Of a stretch of DNA of 64,000 bases, positions 25,578 to 35,016 are shown piece by piece. A program made the translations under genes and the position numbers. The notes under the pieces are model-generated. The model was not told the origin of the DNA and did not search any database. It saw only the letters and a list, made by a program, of their open reading frames with translations. The stretch lies in NCBI GenBank assembly GCA_964508495.1, contig CAZDUA010000003.1, positions 8,867 to 72,866 on the forward strand, written 5' to 3'. Each line of letters opens with the position of its first letter. The first letter of the stretch is position 1. This DNA is from an uncultured Methanosarcinales archaeon (GTDB lineage: Archaea > Nanobdellota > Nanobdellia > Woesearchaeales > ARS49).

Positions 25578-28085
25578 ATGGGCGATAAGGAAATCATTGA
25601 GGAAGTGCGTAATAATTCTAACTTGCACCCTGATGAGTTTTTCCCTGTTAAGACGCTGAAGGCTAAGGGTTTTAGCCGTCATCAGTGTTCTAAGTGCCAG
25701 CGTTATTTCTGGACTGTTCACAAGTCTGATGTTTGCGGTGATCCTGCCTGTAGCGGTGGCTTTCGCTTTGTAGGCCATCCTACTAAGAAGCCTCTTGATT
25801 ATATTGAAGTATGGACGGAGTTTGCTCGTATTCACAAAAAGCTCGGCTATACGCCTGTAGCGCGTTATCCTGTTATTGCTCGCTGGAACCCTACTACTGA
25901 CTTCACTATTGCTTCTATTGCTGCTTTCCAGCCTTTTGTTGTTTCTGGCGAGGTCGCCCCTCCTGCTAACCCGTTAGTTATTCCTCAGATGTGCCTGAGG
26001 TTTCCAGACATCGACAACGTAGGCATTACTGGTCATCATGTTGCTTTTGTTATGATGGGCGAGACTGGTTTTTTCCCGCCTAATGAGTATAGTGTTGACA
26101 AGTACATGAGCGACCATTTGACGTGGCTTCATGAGGGTATGGGCATTGAGCTTGAAGACCTGACTATTCACGAGGATGTCTGGTCTGGTGGTGGCAATCT
26201 TGGTCCTTGTATGGAGTTTTTCTCAAAAGGTTTGGAAGTTTCAAACCAGGTTTACATGCAGTACGAGATTACTCCTTCCGGTTTGAAAGAGTTGAACATT
26301 AAAGTTCTTGACATGGGTCAGGGCCAAGAGCGTGCTGCGTGGTTTACGCAGGGAGTTCCTACCATTTACGAGTGTTCCTTCCCCCCCGTTATCAAGAAAT
26401 TGCGCGAGATTACTGGTGTTGAGTATGATGATGATTTCATGCGCAAGTTCACGCCTTTATCGCCATACCTAAATATTGGCGAAGTCAAAGACATTAATGC
26501 TGCTTGGAAGTTTGTTGCTGATAAGTTGAAGATGGACGTTAAGGCTTTGAGGGAAAAAATCGAACCTCTTGCTGCTTTGTACGCTGTTGCCGAGCACAGT
26601 CGTGCTTTGTTGTTTGCTATTAATGATGGAGGCTTGCCTTCTAATGTTGGCGGCATGTATAATTTGCGTGTTATTCTCAGGCGCGCTCTTGGTTTTATTG
26701 ACAAGTATAAGTGGAATATCACGTTGCCTCAGATTTGCCGCTGGCATGCTGATTACTTGCAGCCTTTGTTTCCTGAGGTTTCTGAAAATCTTGATGAAGT
26801 TTCTGAAATTTTGGAAGTTGAGCGCAAGAAGTACGAGGCTACTAAGCAGAAGACTCAGAGTATGCTTCCTCGTTTGTTGGAGAAGAAGCTTTCAACAGAG
26901 GACTTGATTACTGTTTATGACAGTCAGGGTATTTCTCCTGAGATGATTCGTGAGGAGGCTGCCAAGGTTGGTAAAACTGTTGACGTTCCTGGCAATTTTT
27001 ACGCTCTTGTTGCTGAACGTCATACTCAGAAGGAGCAGGAAACCGCTACTGTTCGTGAGGAAAAGCTCAACTTGGACCCTCATGTTCCTGCAACTAAAGC
27101 TTTGTACTTTGATGATTATACTAAGGCGTCTTTTGATGGTAAAGTTTTGGAAATTATTGGCAATAATGTTGTTTTAGACCAGACTGCTTTCTATCCAATT
27201 TCTGGCGGCCAGTTGTCTGATCGTGGAACATTGAATGGTGATAAGGTTGTTGATGTTTTCAAGCAGGGTCCGTGGATTGTTCACGTTTTGGAAAATGTTC
27301 CTAAGTTCCATGCTGGTGATAAAGTTCATGGTGATATCGACTTTGAGCGTCGTTTGCAGTTAGCCCAGCATCATACTGCTACGCACATAATCAATGCGGC
27401 AGCACGTATAGTTTTGGGTGCTCATGTCAATCAAGCGTCCGCTAAGAAAGATATTGACAAGGCGCATATTGACATTACTCATTATGATGGTTTGACTGAT
27501 GAGGAGACTGCTGAGATTGAGGGTGAGGCTAATAAAATCGTCAAAAAGTCTATCAAGACGCATCTTTCTTTTATGCTGAGAGAAGAAGCTGAGAAGAAGT
27601 TTGGTTCTGGTATTTATCAGGGTGGTGTTGCTCCTGGTAAGTTTTTGCGTATTGTTGAGATTCCTGGCGTTGATGTTGAGGCTTGTGGTGGTACTCATTT
27701 GAAGAGTACTTTGGAAGCTGGTAAAATCAAGATTATCAAGAGTTCTAAAGTTAAAGATGGTATTGTTAGAATCGTGTTTGCTGCTGGCAAGGCTGCTGAC
27801 AAGCTTGCTAATGTTGAAAAGGAAGTTTTGGACAAGGTTGCTGTTTTGTTGAAGTGTGATGTTCATCATATTCCTGGTCGTGCTGCTGAACTGTTTGAAT
27901 TTTGGAAGATGGCGAGAAAGCTTTCTCAGAAGAAACAGCCCATTCCTGCATTGGAGTTGAAGTCAAGCGTTGCTGTTGCGGCTGACATTCTTGCTAAGAC
28001 TGCTGAATCTTTGCAAACCCAGCCTGAAGTCGTAGTAAAAACAATAGAACGCTTTTTGGCTGATATTGAGAAGTTTAGAGTTTAA
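25578..28085 (+). CDS. alaS: Alanine--tRNA ligase
   Basis: RYPVIARW, FT.ASI..FQP, Q.CLRF.DIDNVG.TG.H, DMG.G.ER, HTATH and ACGGTH editing motifs. Confidence 0.97.
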   Translation: MGDKEIIEEVRNNSNLHPDEFFPVKTLKAKGFSRHQCSKCQRYFWTVHKSDVCGDPACSGGFRFVGHPTKKPLDYIEVWTEFARIHKKLGYTPVARYPVIARWNPTTDFTIASIAAFQPFVVSGEVAPPANPLVIPQMCLRFPDIDNVGITGHHVAFVMMGETGFFPPNEYSVDKYMSDHLTWLHEGMGIELEDLTIHEDVWSGGGNLGPCMEFFSKGLEVSNQVYMQYEITPSGLKELNIKVLDMGQGQERAAWFTQGVPTIYECSFPPVIKKLREITGVEYDDDFMRKFTPLSPYLNIGEVKDINAAWKFVADKLKMDVKALREKIEPLAALYAVAEHSRALLFAINDGGLPSNVGGMYNLRVILRRALGFIDKYKWNITLPQICRWHADYLQPLFPEVSENLDEVSEILEVERKKYEATKQKTQSMLPRLLEKKLSTEDLITVYDSQGISPEMIREEAAKVGKTVDVPGNFYALVAERHTQKEQETATVREEKLNLDPHVPATKALYFDDYTKASFDGKVLEIIGNNVVLDQTAFYPISGGQLSDRGTLNGDKVVDVFKQGPWIVHVLENVPKFHAGDKVHGDIDFERRLQLAQHHTATHIINAAARIVLGAHVNQASAKKDIDKAHIDITHYDGLTDEETAEIEGEANKIVKKSIKTHLSFMLREEAEKKFGSGIYQGGVAPGKFLRIVEIPGVDVEACGGTHLKSTLEAGKIKIIKSSKVKDGIVRIVFAAGKAADKLANVEKEVLDKVAVLLKCDVHHIPGRAAELFEFWKMARKLSQKKQPIPALELKSSVAVAADILAKTAESLQTQPEVVVKTIERFLADIEKFRV

Positions 28086-28124
28086 CGCTAAACACTGGCT
28101 CTGTTATTTTTTCTGCTCGCCTGG

Positions 28125-28790
28125 TCATTTGAACAGTTTTTCTAGTATGTCTATCGTGTATAAAAAGATGGCCTCGGTTTGTTTTTTTGATGGTGAGAAT
28201 GATTCTTTTTTTGTGTGCACGCTGAACACTCGTATTTGGTTTATCAAATGGATCTGGTTCGGCAGTCCGGGGTCTAATTTTACTCCGTGTTCTGACAATT
28301 TCGCTATTAGCGTTCCCAATCCTGTTCCTGGCGCTTTCTCTAGTAAATCATTTCCTGTTGCTTCGTAATATTTTCTGTGCAGGGCCGTTTCCATTACTCT
28401 TCCGCATAGTACTACTGAGCTTCTGTAGCATGCTGCATTGATGCATCTTTGTATTTCTTGTAAGTCTGCTGTTACGTCTTCTCTTATTTCGCTTGGCAGT
28501 TTGGGCGCTTTGAACTTTTTGTTCTCTGTGCTGTCATCTGCCGCTAAATCTGTTAGTTTATCCAGAATTTTTTTCATTTCTTCTGTTTTGGCTGTAGAAA
28601 GTTTTTGCGCAAGAGAGTGTAATTCCGGATTGTTCTTCGTTTCTCGCAGTAGCCTGTCTATTGCTCCTTTTAGTAATAGTTTGTTTCCTTCTTGTTTTTG
28701 TTTTTTAAAATCAGTAATTCCGCCCTTTCTATTTTCTGGCGTTGCTTTCAGTGCTTGTTGTATGTCTACAAGAATTTCGTGTAGTGTCAT
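28125..28790 (-). CDS. DUF4145 (HEPN-like) domain protein
   Basis: E..RC..A.CYRS.VVLCGR.ME.AL, LG.LI, R-x4-H (RVFSVH). Confidence 0.7.
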   Translation of the reverse strand: MTLHEILVDIQQALKATPENRKGGITDFKKQKQEGNKLLLKGAIDRLLRETKNNPELHSLAQKLSTAKTEEMKKILDKLTDLAADDSTENKKFKAPKLPSEIREDVTADLQEIQRCINAACYRSSVVLCGRVMETALHRKYYEATGNDLLEKAPGTGLGTLIAKLSEHGVKLDPGLPNQIHLINQIRVFSVHTKKESFSPSKKQTEAIFLYTIDILEKLFK

Positions 28791-28844
28791 GTGTATTATT
28801 GAGTGCATAAAGATTTATATAGTTATTGTTGTCCAATTTTAGTT

Positions 28845-29474
28845 ATGAAAAAGCTATTGGCTTTATTGTTATTAATTCTTGTTGCTTGTGTTGCTACTCC
28901 GCCTGCTTCGGATAAGGTAACTACGCCTGCAGTGCAGACTGAGGCTCAGGTTAATACTCAAGAGCAAGTTACGTCTCCTGCTAAAAATAATATTGAAGCG
29001 CCTGCTATGGAAGAAGAGGAAGTTACTGGCACGCCTGTTGAGCCTACTGGTTGGGAGCATGACCCGTATTCTCAGCTTGGTTGTGAGTTGTTGTTGGAAG
29101 AATCTGAGTTTGCCAAGGAGTGCAGTCAGGAAGTTACTAACTTGGTTGTTACGTATAAGATTGGCACTAAGAATTGTTTTGTGAACGTTAAGGACAGGTT
29201 GAATGAGCGTTTGACTGCCGGTGTTACTGTGACTGGTTACGATGATGCTGAGACTGCTGAGAAGGAGTTTGACAGGCGTCTTATTGTTTTGAAGGTTGGC
29301 GCTGATAAGAGTATTGGCGAGCGTGCGTACGAGATGCCTAACCCTGCTGTTGATCGTGTTGAGTCTTATTTCTTGCGTAATGAGTTTATTGTTAAGATTG
29401 GCACTGATACTAGGTTGTGTTCTCAGGATGGAATGTTGGCTGTTGGCAGAATTGTTGACAGTCGCCTTAATTAA
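28845..29474 (+). CDS. Hypothetical lipoprotein
   Basis: MKK + hydrophobic stretch + LVAC lipobox, low-complexity linker, Cys-containing domain. Confidence 0.65.
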   Translation: MKKLLALLLLILVACVATPPASDKVTTPAVQTEAQVNTQEQVTSPAKNNIEAPAMEEEEVTGTPVEPTGWEHDPYSQLGCELLLEESEFAKECSQEVTNLVVTYKIGTKNCFVNVKDRLNERLTAGVTVTGYDDAETAEKEFDRRLIVLKVGADKSIGERAYEMPNPAVDRVESYFLRNEFIVKIGTDTRLCSQDGMLAVGRIVDSRLN

Positions 29475-30633
29475 AAGCGCCTAATACTTGTTGTTTTTCT
29501 TTCAATAATCTGCTTTTTCCAAGAATTGGTTCTATGTCAACGCCGAATTTTTTCTTCGCTAATTGTTTTGCGTAAGTCATCATTAGTTCTTTGCTTCCAA
29601 AGCTTATTGGTTTGTTTGCTAGTGCTTTTCTTGTTGTTTCTCTTGTCACCCAGACTCCTAATGGCAGCACGTATTCGTCTGTGATAAACCTTAAAGCCAG
29701 CACTCCATTTTGTCTTTTATTGTTCATCAAGTGCTCGGCAATTGCCATTCTCACGGTGTAATATCCTCCTGCGCATTGTTCTGCGTAATTCTTTCTTCCT
29801 TCAAACTCTTCGTAATCCGTGCTGTATTCCAGCACTCCTGGTTGTACGTACATTTCGAATAATTCGTAGCTCCATCTTTGTGGAAAGAATAATAGCAAAT
29901 AGTAATTTCCTAGATAGCTGCCAAATTGTGCGGAATAATCGCCTATTTGTTGTTCTCTCACTTTTTCCAGGAAATTATTGCCTAAAATATCATCTGTTGC
30001 TGTAATAGACCATCGTGTTGGTACTAGTTTTCTTTGTTTCCCGAAGATTCCTACGGAGAGCATTCTGCTTAGCGCGTTCTCATCTACGTTTCCGTATAGT
30101 TCTGTTACTGCTTCTGTTGCTAATGCGTCTGTATCATCATAGAACTTCTGTACTTTTGTCGGTATTTTTGGATTGCTTGCTAGTTGTAATTTTTTTAGTT
30201 TTGCTTGTGGTCCCATTGGCGCTACCCATCTGTCTGTTTGGATGTTCAGGCTTGGTTTTTTCTCCAGTTCTACATCAATATCTACTGGCTTGTTTGCCAT
30301 GGCAACATCTTGTGCTATCTCTACCAATTTATCAGGAGCTTTCACGTTGCTGGTAAACCTGCTGTTTACCATGCTTGCTCTGAATGCAGCAACGTCTGCT
30401 ATTGTCATGTTTTGTTGTGCCCAGTGTCTTGGCGCGTCGTACTGCCATGCGTTGTCGTCGTGTTTTTGTGGTGCTAGAATTCCAACATTGACGTATGGGT
30501 ATCCAAACCGTCCAACGAATGGTGCTGGTGCTGTTCCTGTGAATACTTGTTGTGATGTTAGTGGTCTTGCTTTTATCAGGGCGTAATTGAGAATTCGTTC
30601 TTTTTCCTTGTAGCTGACCCCCTTTATGTGCAT
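29467..30633 (-). CDS. nreA: Nre-family PCNA-interacting DNA repair protein
   Basis: P..FVGRFGYP.V.VG, PMGP, LVPTRWSITATDD, GGYY, Y.LPLGVW..RE; C-terminal PIP-like QQVLGAF. Confidence 0.9.
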   Translation of the reverse strand: MHIKGVSYKEKERILNYALIKARPLTSQQVFTGTAPAPFVGRFGYPYVNVGILAPQKHDDNAWQYDAPRHWAQQNMTIADVAAFRASMVNSRFTSNVKAPDKLVEIAQDVAMANKPVDIDVELEKKPSLNIQTDRWVAPMGPQAKLKKLQLASNPKIPTKVQKFYDDTDALATEAVTELYGNVDENALSRMLSVGIFGKQRKLVPTRWSITATDDILGNNFLEKVREQQIGDYSAQFGSYLGNYYLLLFFPQRWSYELFEMYVQPGVLEYSTDYEEFEGRKNYAEQCAGGYYTVRMAIAEHLMNNKRQNGVLALRFITDEYVLPLGVWVTRETTRKALANKPISFGSKELMMTYAKQLAKKKFGVDIEPILGKSRLLKEKQQVLGAFN

Positions 30634-30659
30634 TTATTGTAGAAATACGCTGAATTATT

Positions 30660-30809
30660 TTAATGTATTTGTATTACTTGTTCGCCATGGAAGTGGGGCT
30701 CGTCTTCTGGTGTTTTTTTGAATTGTGAGCAGGCTTTCTTTTTTTCCCAGTAGAACCAGCATTTGTTGCCGAATACTTTGTAGCTTTCACAGTTTTCGCA
30801 GATACTCAT
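30660..30809 (-). CDS. Small Cys-rich protein (49 aa); not in the ORF track
   Basis: MSICENCESYKVFGNKCWFYWEKKKACSQFKKTPEDEPHFHGEQVIQIH*; TTTAAATA box upstream on the minus strand; fills the intergenic gap. Confidence 0.65.
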   Translation of the reverse strand: MSICENCESYKVFGNKCWFYWEKKKACSQFKKTPEDEPHFHGEQVIQIH

Positions 30810-30885
30810 GCGTTTTGCTTTTGTAATTCTTATTTAAATAGCTTTCTCCCATATATTTTTAAACAGTTCGCTGTCTTTTCCTTGT

Positions 30886-31926
30886 ATGCTTACTGCGAGT
30901 GAGGTTGCGAAGGTTAAGGATGAATTGACTAGTTGTCAGCGTCCTTTGTTTATTTTTCACGACGATCCTGATGGCCTTGCGAGCTTTTTGCTTTGTTACA
31001 GGTTTGTGAAAGAAGGCAGGGGCATTCCTGTTAAAGCGTATCCTAGAATTACTGTTGAGCCTTATGCGCGTAAGGTTGAAGAGCTTGGCGCTGACAAAGT
31101 TTTTGTTTTGGACGTTGCCATGGTTGACCAGGAGTTTATTGACGCAGTCAATGTCCCCGTAATCTGGGTTGACCATCATGCTGTTCTTGAAAGGGACCGC
31201 GTGCAATACTTTAATCCGCAAAAGCGTGGCGTTAACATTCCTACTCCTGCATTAATCTGGCAAGTCACAGGCGAGGAGCGTCCTCAGGACTTGTGGATTG
31301 CTGTTGTTGGTAGTATTGGTGACTGGTATTTTCCTGATTTTGCGCCTGAATTCCAGCAGGCTTATGGTGAATTGTTGCCCGCAACTTGTTCAACTGTGCA
31401 GGAAGCTTTGTTTAACACGACTGTTGGAACTTTGGTAAAAGTTTTTTCTTTTAACTTGAAGGGCCCTATGGATGAAGTCAACAAAGCTGTTAAAATTCTG
31501 ACAAGAATCGAGGACCCTTACGAAATTTTGGAACAGCGCACGCCTCAAGGTAAATTTTTGTGGAAGAAGTACGAGCTTGTTAACAAGGAGTATGAACGTA
31601 TGTTGTCTTCCGCGCTCGAGCATGATACTAAAGAGCCTATTTTTGTTTATACTTATCAGGATGACAAGCTTAGTTTGACTAAGGACTTGTCTAATGAGCT
31701 TTTGTACAAGTTGAATAAAGTGGTAATTGTTGGCCGTGAGAAGTCTGGTGAGATGCGTTGTTCTTTGCGCGCTCCTGGCCAGACGAAGCTTGCCACTGCC
31801 TTGGCAAAAGCATTGATTGGCATCGAGGGTTATGGCGGCGGTCACGAGCAAGCCTGCGGTGCAGGAATCAAGAAGGAAGATTTCAAGCGTTTTCTTGAGA
31901 ATTTGAGGAAGGAATTGAAGCTTTGA
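30886..31926 (+). CDS. DHH/DHHA1 family phosphoesterase
   Basis: HDDPDG, VLD, DHH, IGD, SLR, GGGH..ACG. Confidence 0.9.
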   Translation: MLTASEVAKVKDELTSCQRPLFIFHDDPDGLASFLLCYRFVKEGRGIPVKAYPRITVEPYARKVEELGADKVFVLDVAMVDQEFIDAVNVPVIWVDHHAVLERDRVQYFNPQKRGVNIPTPALIWQVTGEERPQDLWIAVVGSIGDWYFPDFAPEFQQAYGELLPATCSTVQEALFNTTVGTLVKVFSFNLKGPMDEVNKAVKILTRIEDPYEILEQRTPQGKFLWKKYELVNKEYERMLSSALEHDTKEPIFVYTYQDDKLSLTKDLSNELLYKLNKVVIVGREKSGEMRCSLRAPGQTKLATALAKALIGIEGYGGGHEQACGAGIKKEDFKRFLENLRKELKL

Positions 31927-33079
31927 GTTGTGCTTTCATTTCTTTTGCTGCGCGGGCGTAGCCGCCGTCTGCTCCGTCGACAAAATGCACTTGTTTTCCG
32001 TAGCGTTCAAATACTAGGCAGGTCATGAGCGCTCTGTCTGAGACATGTATGCCGTATGCGAGTTCTCCTTTTTTGTGCGATTTTTGAAGTTCTGAAACAA
32101 GTTTTTTTCTTTGTTCGGCTGTTCCGGCCATTACGAGGCGAAGGGCGTCATCGAATTTTTTGTAATCTGTGGTCTCAATAAGTATTTTCTTGTAGAGTTT
32201 GAAGTTTAGGTCGTTTGTTGTGATATTGCTCTTCATTAATAGGGAAGAGAGAAAACAAACAATTTGCAGGTAAATTCTATATAACGTTTTTCCAAGTTTG
32301 CTTTTTTGCCACGCTTTGACTTTTACTTCGGAATCCAGTTGTTTTCCTTTAATTGTTAAGTGAAGCTGGTTTTCTGCAACTGGATGGAAGTCTTCTTCAG
32401 TGCCATAAATTTTCCGTATGTGTTCGATGGCAGTGCGGTATACAATGCTGTCTGTTTTAGGGCTTCCGGTTGTTGCTTTTATTATTAGGCTGACTGTTTC
32501 TCCATGTTGGCTGTAAATGTCCTGCCATCGGCATTCAAGGCCGTCATAGCTTGCCTTAGATGGTACGTCCATCACGAGTTCGTAATGAGCGGTTGGGTCT
32601 TTTACGAGTTTTTCTGCGTAAGACAACCCAGTTCCGGTAAACATTGCTTGATGATAGTTGGGTGAAGCGCGGAATTTGGCTATTTTTACATCAAATCCTT
32701 TTTGTGTGATTGTTTCAATTGGCACTATGCCTGCGCGCAGTTCAAGTTTGAACATTTCTTGTGCGAGTTGTTTGGTTGCCAGAAGTGCGGATTTTGTTGC
32801 TGTGAGAACTTCTTCTGGCACGATCATAGTGGCGCCGTCTCCGCCAAATACAAAGGGGATGTCAATTTTCTGGACGGCATTTAGTACGGCGATGATTGAG
32901 GATGCTCCGATTGTGTTGACGTCTTTGTATCTTCCTTCCTCGATGGCGTTAGTCGAGCCTTTTATGTCTGTGATGATTATGTGCCAGCCATTGGGTACTT
33001 GTGTGTATTTTTCAATATTTGTAATGTCCGAAAATCTGGTAATTGCGGGCAGTTTTGCGTAGAAGTCTGTATTCGGCAT
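31883..33079 (-). CDS. DUF3095 family protein (nucleotide-cyclase-like fold)
   Basis: DIKGST.AI..GRYKDVN..GA, FVFGGDGA, GLECRW, KFDD.LR, ALMTC.V, HFVDGADGGY. Confidence 0.8.
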   Translation of the reverse strand: MPNTDFYAKLPAITRFSDITNIEKYTQVPNGWHIIITDIKGSTNAIEEGRYKDVNTIGASSIIAVLNAVQKIDIPFVFGGDGATMIVPEEVLTATKSALLATKQLAQEMFKLELRAGIVPIETITQKGFDVKIAKFRASPNYHQAMFTGTGLSYAEKLVKDPTAHYELVMDVPSKASYDGLECRWQDIYSQHGETVSLIIKATTGSPKTDSIVYRTAIEHIRKIYGTEEDFHPVAENQLHLTIKGKQLDSEVKVKAWQKSKLGKTLYRIYLQIVCFLSSLLMKSNITTNDLNFKLYKKILIETTDYKKFDDALRLVMAGTAEQRKKLVSELQKSHKKGELAYGIHVSDRALMTCLVFERYGKQVHFVDGADGGYARAAKEMKAQLKASIPSSNSQENA

Positions 33080-33136
33080 AGACCTAAAAACTCATCATAA
33101 CCTTTTTATACCTTCCGAAGTAGCCGTTCGTATAAC

Positions 33137-33207
33137 GCGCCGATAGTATAACGGTAGTACATCAGCCTTCCAAGCTGATTGTCGGGGTTCGAATCCCCGT
33201 CGGCGCA
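33137..33207 (+). tRNA. tRNA-Gly (TCC)
   Basis: GCGCCGA/TCGGCGC acceptor, TCAGC-CTTCCAA-GCTGA anticodon arm, TTCGAAT T-loop; no intron, no encoded CCA. Confidence 0.97.
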
Positions 33208-33262
33208 TGGCTCTTATTTTTCTTAGGCAACCTTTAAAAACACGCAATATAGTTTTATTTGT

Positions 33263-33907
33263 ATGAAAGAAACAATACTCGCGATTGCAGCGCATAATGA
33301 TGATCATTTGATTGGTGCGGGTGGAGCTTTGACTAAGTACGCCAAGGAAGGCATGCGTGTCAGGACTATCATCTGTTCGTTTGGCGAGCGTAGCCATCCT
33401 CATTTGAAGAAAGAAGTTATTGTGGAAAGACGTGTGAAGGAAAGCATTAAGGCTGACAAGATCATGGGTGGCAGTGGTGTTGCTTATCTTGGTGTTAGAG
33501 AGGGTAAGTTTGATGAGGATTTCAAGGAGCGGGATATTGAGAAAAAGCTTGCTTGGATTATCAAAAAAGAAAAGCCTGCTAAGATTTTTGTTCATGGCTT
33601 GGATGATTTTCATCCTGATCATAGGGCGGTTTACAGGCTTGTTAAGCGTTTGATGGATAATGGCGCCATTACTTGCCCGGTCTACTCGTTCGAGGTCTGG
33701 TCTTTTTTGAAGTTTAGAAACCGCAACCTGCCCAGACTGGTTGTTAACATCAGTGATACTTTTAACACGAAAATAAAGGCTTTTTTAGTTCATGAGAGCC
33801 AGACTTTGGCCATTTGGTCTTTGTTGTGGAAGTTGATTGTTAAGGATTGGTTGTCTGGTGTTTTGCATGGTTATAAGTATGCTGAGGTGTTTTACAAACT
33901 AAAATGA
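33263..33907 (+). CDS. PIG-L/LmbE family deacetylase
   Basis: AHNDD..IG.GG, GE, R..E, D.HPDH, HESQ, AE.F. Confidence 0.88.
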   Translation: MKETILAIAAHNDDHLIGAGGALTKYAKEGMRVRTIICSFGERSHPHLKKEVIVERRVKESIKADKIMGGSGVAYLGVREGKFDEDFKERDIEKKLAWIIKKEKPAKIFVHGLDDFHPDHRAVYRLVKRLMDNGAITCPVYSFEVWSFLKFRNRNLPRLVVNISDTFNTKIKAFLVHESQTLAIWSLLWKLIVKDWLSGVLHGYKYAEVFYKLK

Positions 33908-35016
33908 AATTAGTTGTAACAACTGATTGTTTTCTTCCGCGCTGGGATGGTATTGCGAGATTTCTCTCTCTTTTACTGCCGGATCTTGCTAAGGATATGC
34001 AGATTACTGTTTTTGCTCCTAAGTTTGCTGGTAAGATTCCTTTAATTAAAGGCGTTAGGGTTGTTCGTTTTCCTTTGTTGAACATTCAGTTTGGCGACAT
34101 TTTTTTCTCAAAGCCTGATAAGGCAGTTATGGAAAAAGCGATAAGGGAGGCTGATGTTGTCTTTAACCAAACCATTGGTCCTATCGGACAAGCAGGCATT
34201 AAAATAGCCAACAAGCTCAACAAGCCAGTTATTAGTTATATTCATAGTATTGAGTGGGAGCTTGCAAGAAAGGCTATGAAGCGTTTTAAGGGTTTTGTGG
34301 CTTGGTCTGTTAAGATTCTTGCTCGTCGTTTGTATAACAAGTGTTCTTTGTTGATTGTTCCTTCTAGCGAGGTTGCTGATTTGCTCTCGGGTATTAAGGT
34401 TAAAACAAAGAAAGAGCTTGTTCATTTGGGTGTTGATACTTCTCGTTTTGCTCCGCCTAAATCTAAATCTGATGCAAAACATATAGCAAAAATTCCTATT
34501 GGCATGCGCGTCATCGGCTTTTGTGGCAGGATTGCTCGTGAGAAGGACATTCCTACTTTGTATAAGGCTTTTCAGAAGATTCATGCTAAGTATCGTAACA
34601 CTTTGTTGTTAATTGTTGGTGAAGGTTTAGAACAGGAAGTTCCTTCTTCTAGGAGTGTTATCAGGGTGGGCAGGCAGGATAATGTTGTTCGTTTCTTGCA
34701 GGCCATGGACGTTTTTGTTCTTCCTAGTTTGACAGAAACTTCATCTTTGGCCACTATGGAAGCAATGTCAACCGGCCTTCCGGTTGTCGTAACGCCGGTA
34801 GGTAATATTCGTGAGTATATTGTGGACGGTAAAAATGGTTTGTTCTTTGCTCGTCAGGATGTTAATGAGTTGTCTGATAAGATTGTTTATTTGTTGAAGC
34901 ATCCTAAGAAGCGTAAAGAGCTTGGAAGAAATGCGCGGCAAACCATTATGAAGCATTATTCTTGGCAGGTTTGTGCTGATAAGATTAGAAAAATTTTGTC
35001 TACATTTTCAGGCTGA
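33904..35016 (+). CDS. Glycosyltransferase family 4
   Basis: D.F.P...G, GVD, GRIAREK, DVFVLPS..ET.SL..MEAM.TG.PVV. Confidence 0.92.
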   Translation: MKLVVTTDCFLPRWDGIARFLSLLLPDLAKDMQITVFAPKFAGKIPLIKGVRVVRFPLLNIQFGDIFFSKPDKAVMEKAIREADVVFNQTIGPIGQAGIKIANKLNKPVISYIHSIEWELARKAMKRFKGFVAWSVKILARRLYNKCSLLIVPSSEVADLLSGIKVKTKKELVHLGVDTSRFAPPKSKSDAKHIAKIPIGMRVIGFCGRIAREKDIPTLYKAFQKIHAKYRNTLLLIVGEGLEQEVPSSRSVIRVGRQDNVVRFLQAMDVFVLPSLTETSSLATMEAMSTGLPVVVTPVGNIREYIVDGKNGLFFARQDVNELSDKIVYLLKHPKKRKELGRNARQTIMKHYSWQVCADKIRKILSTFSG

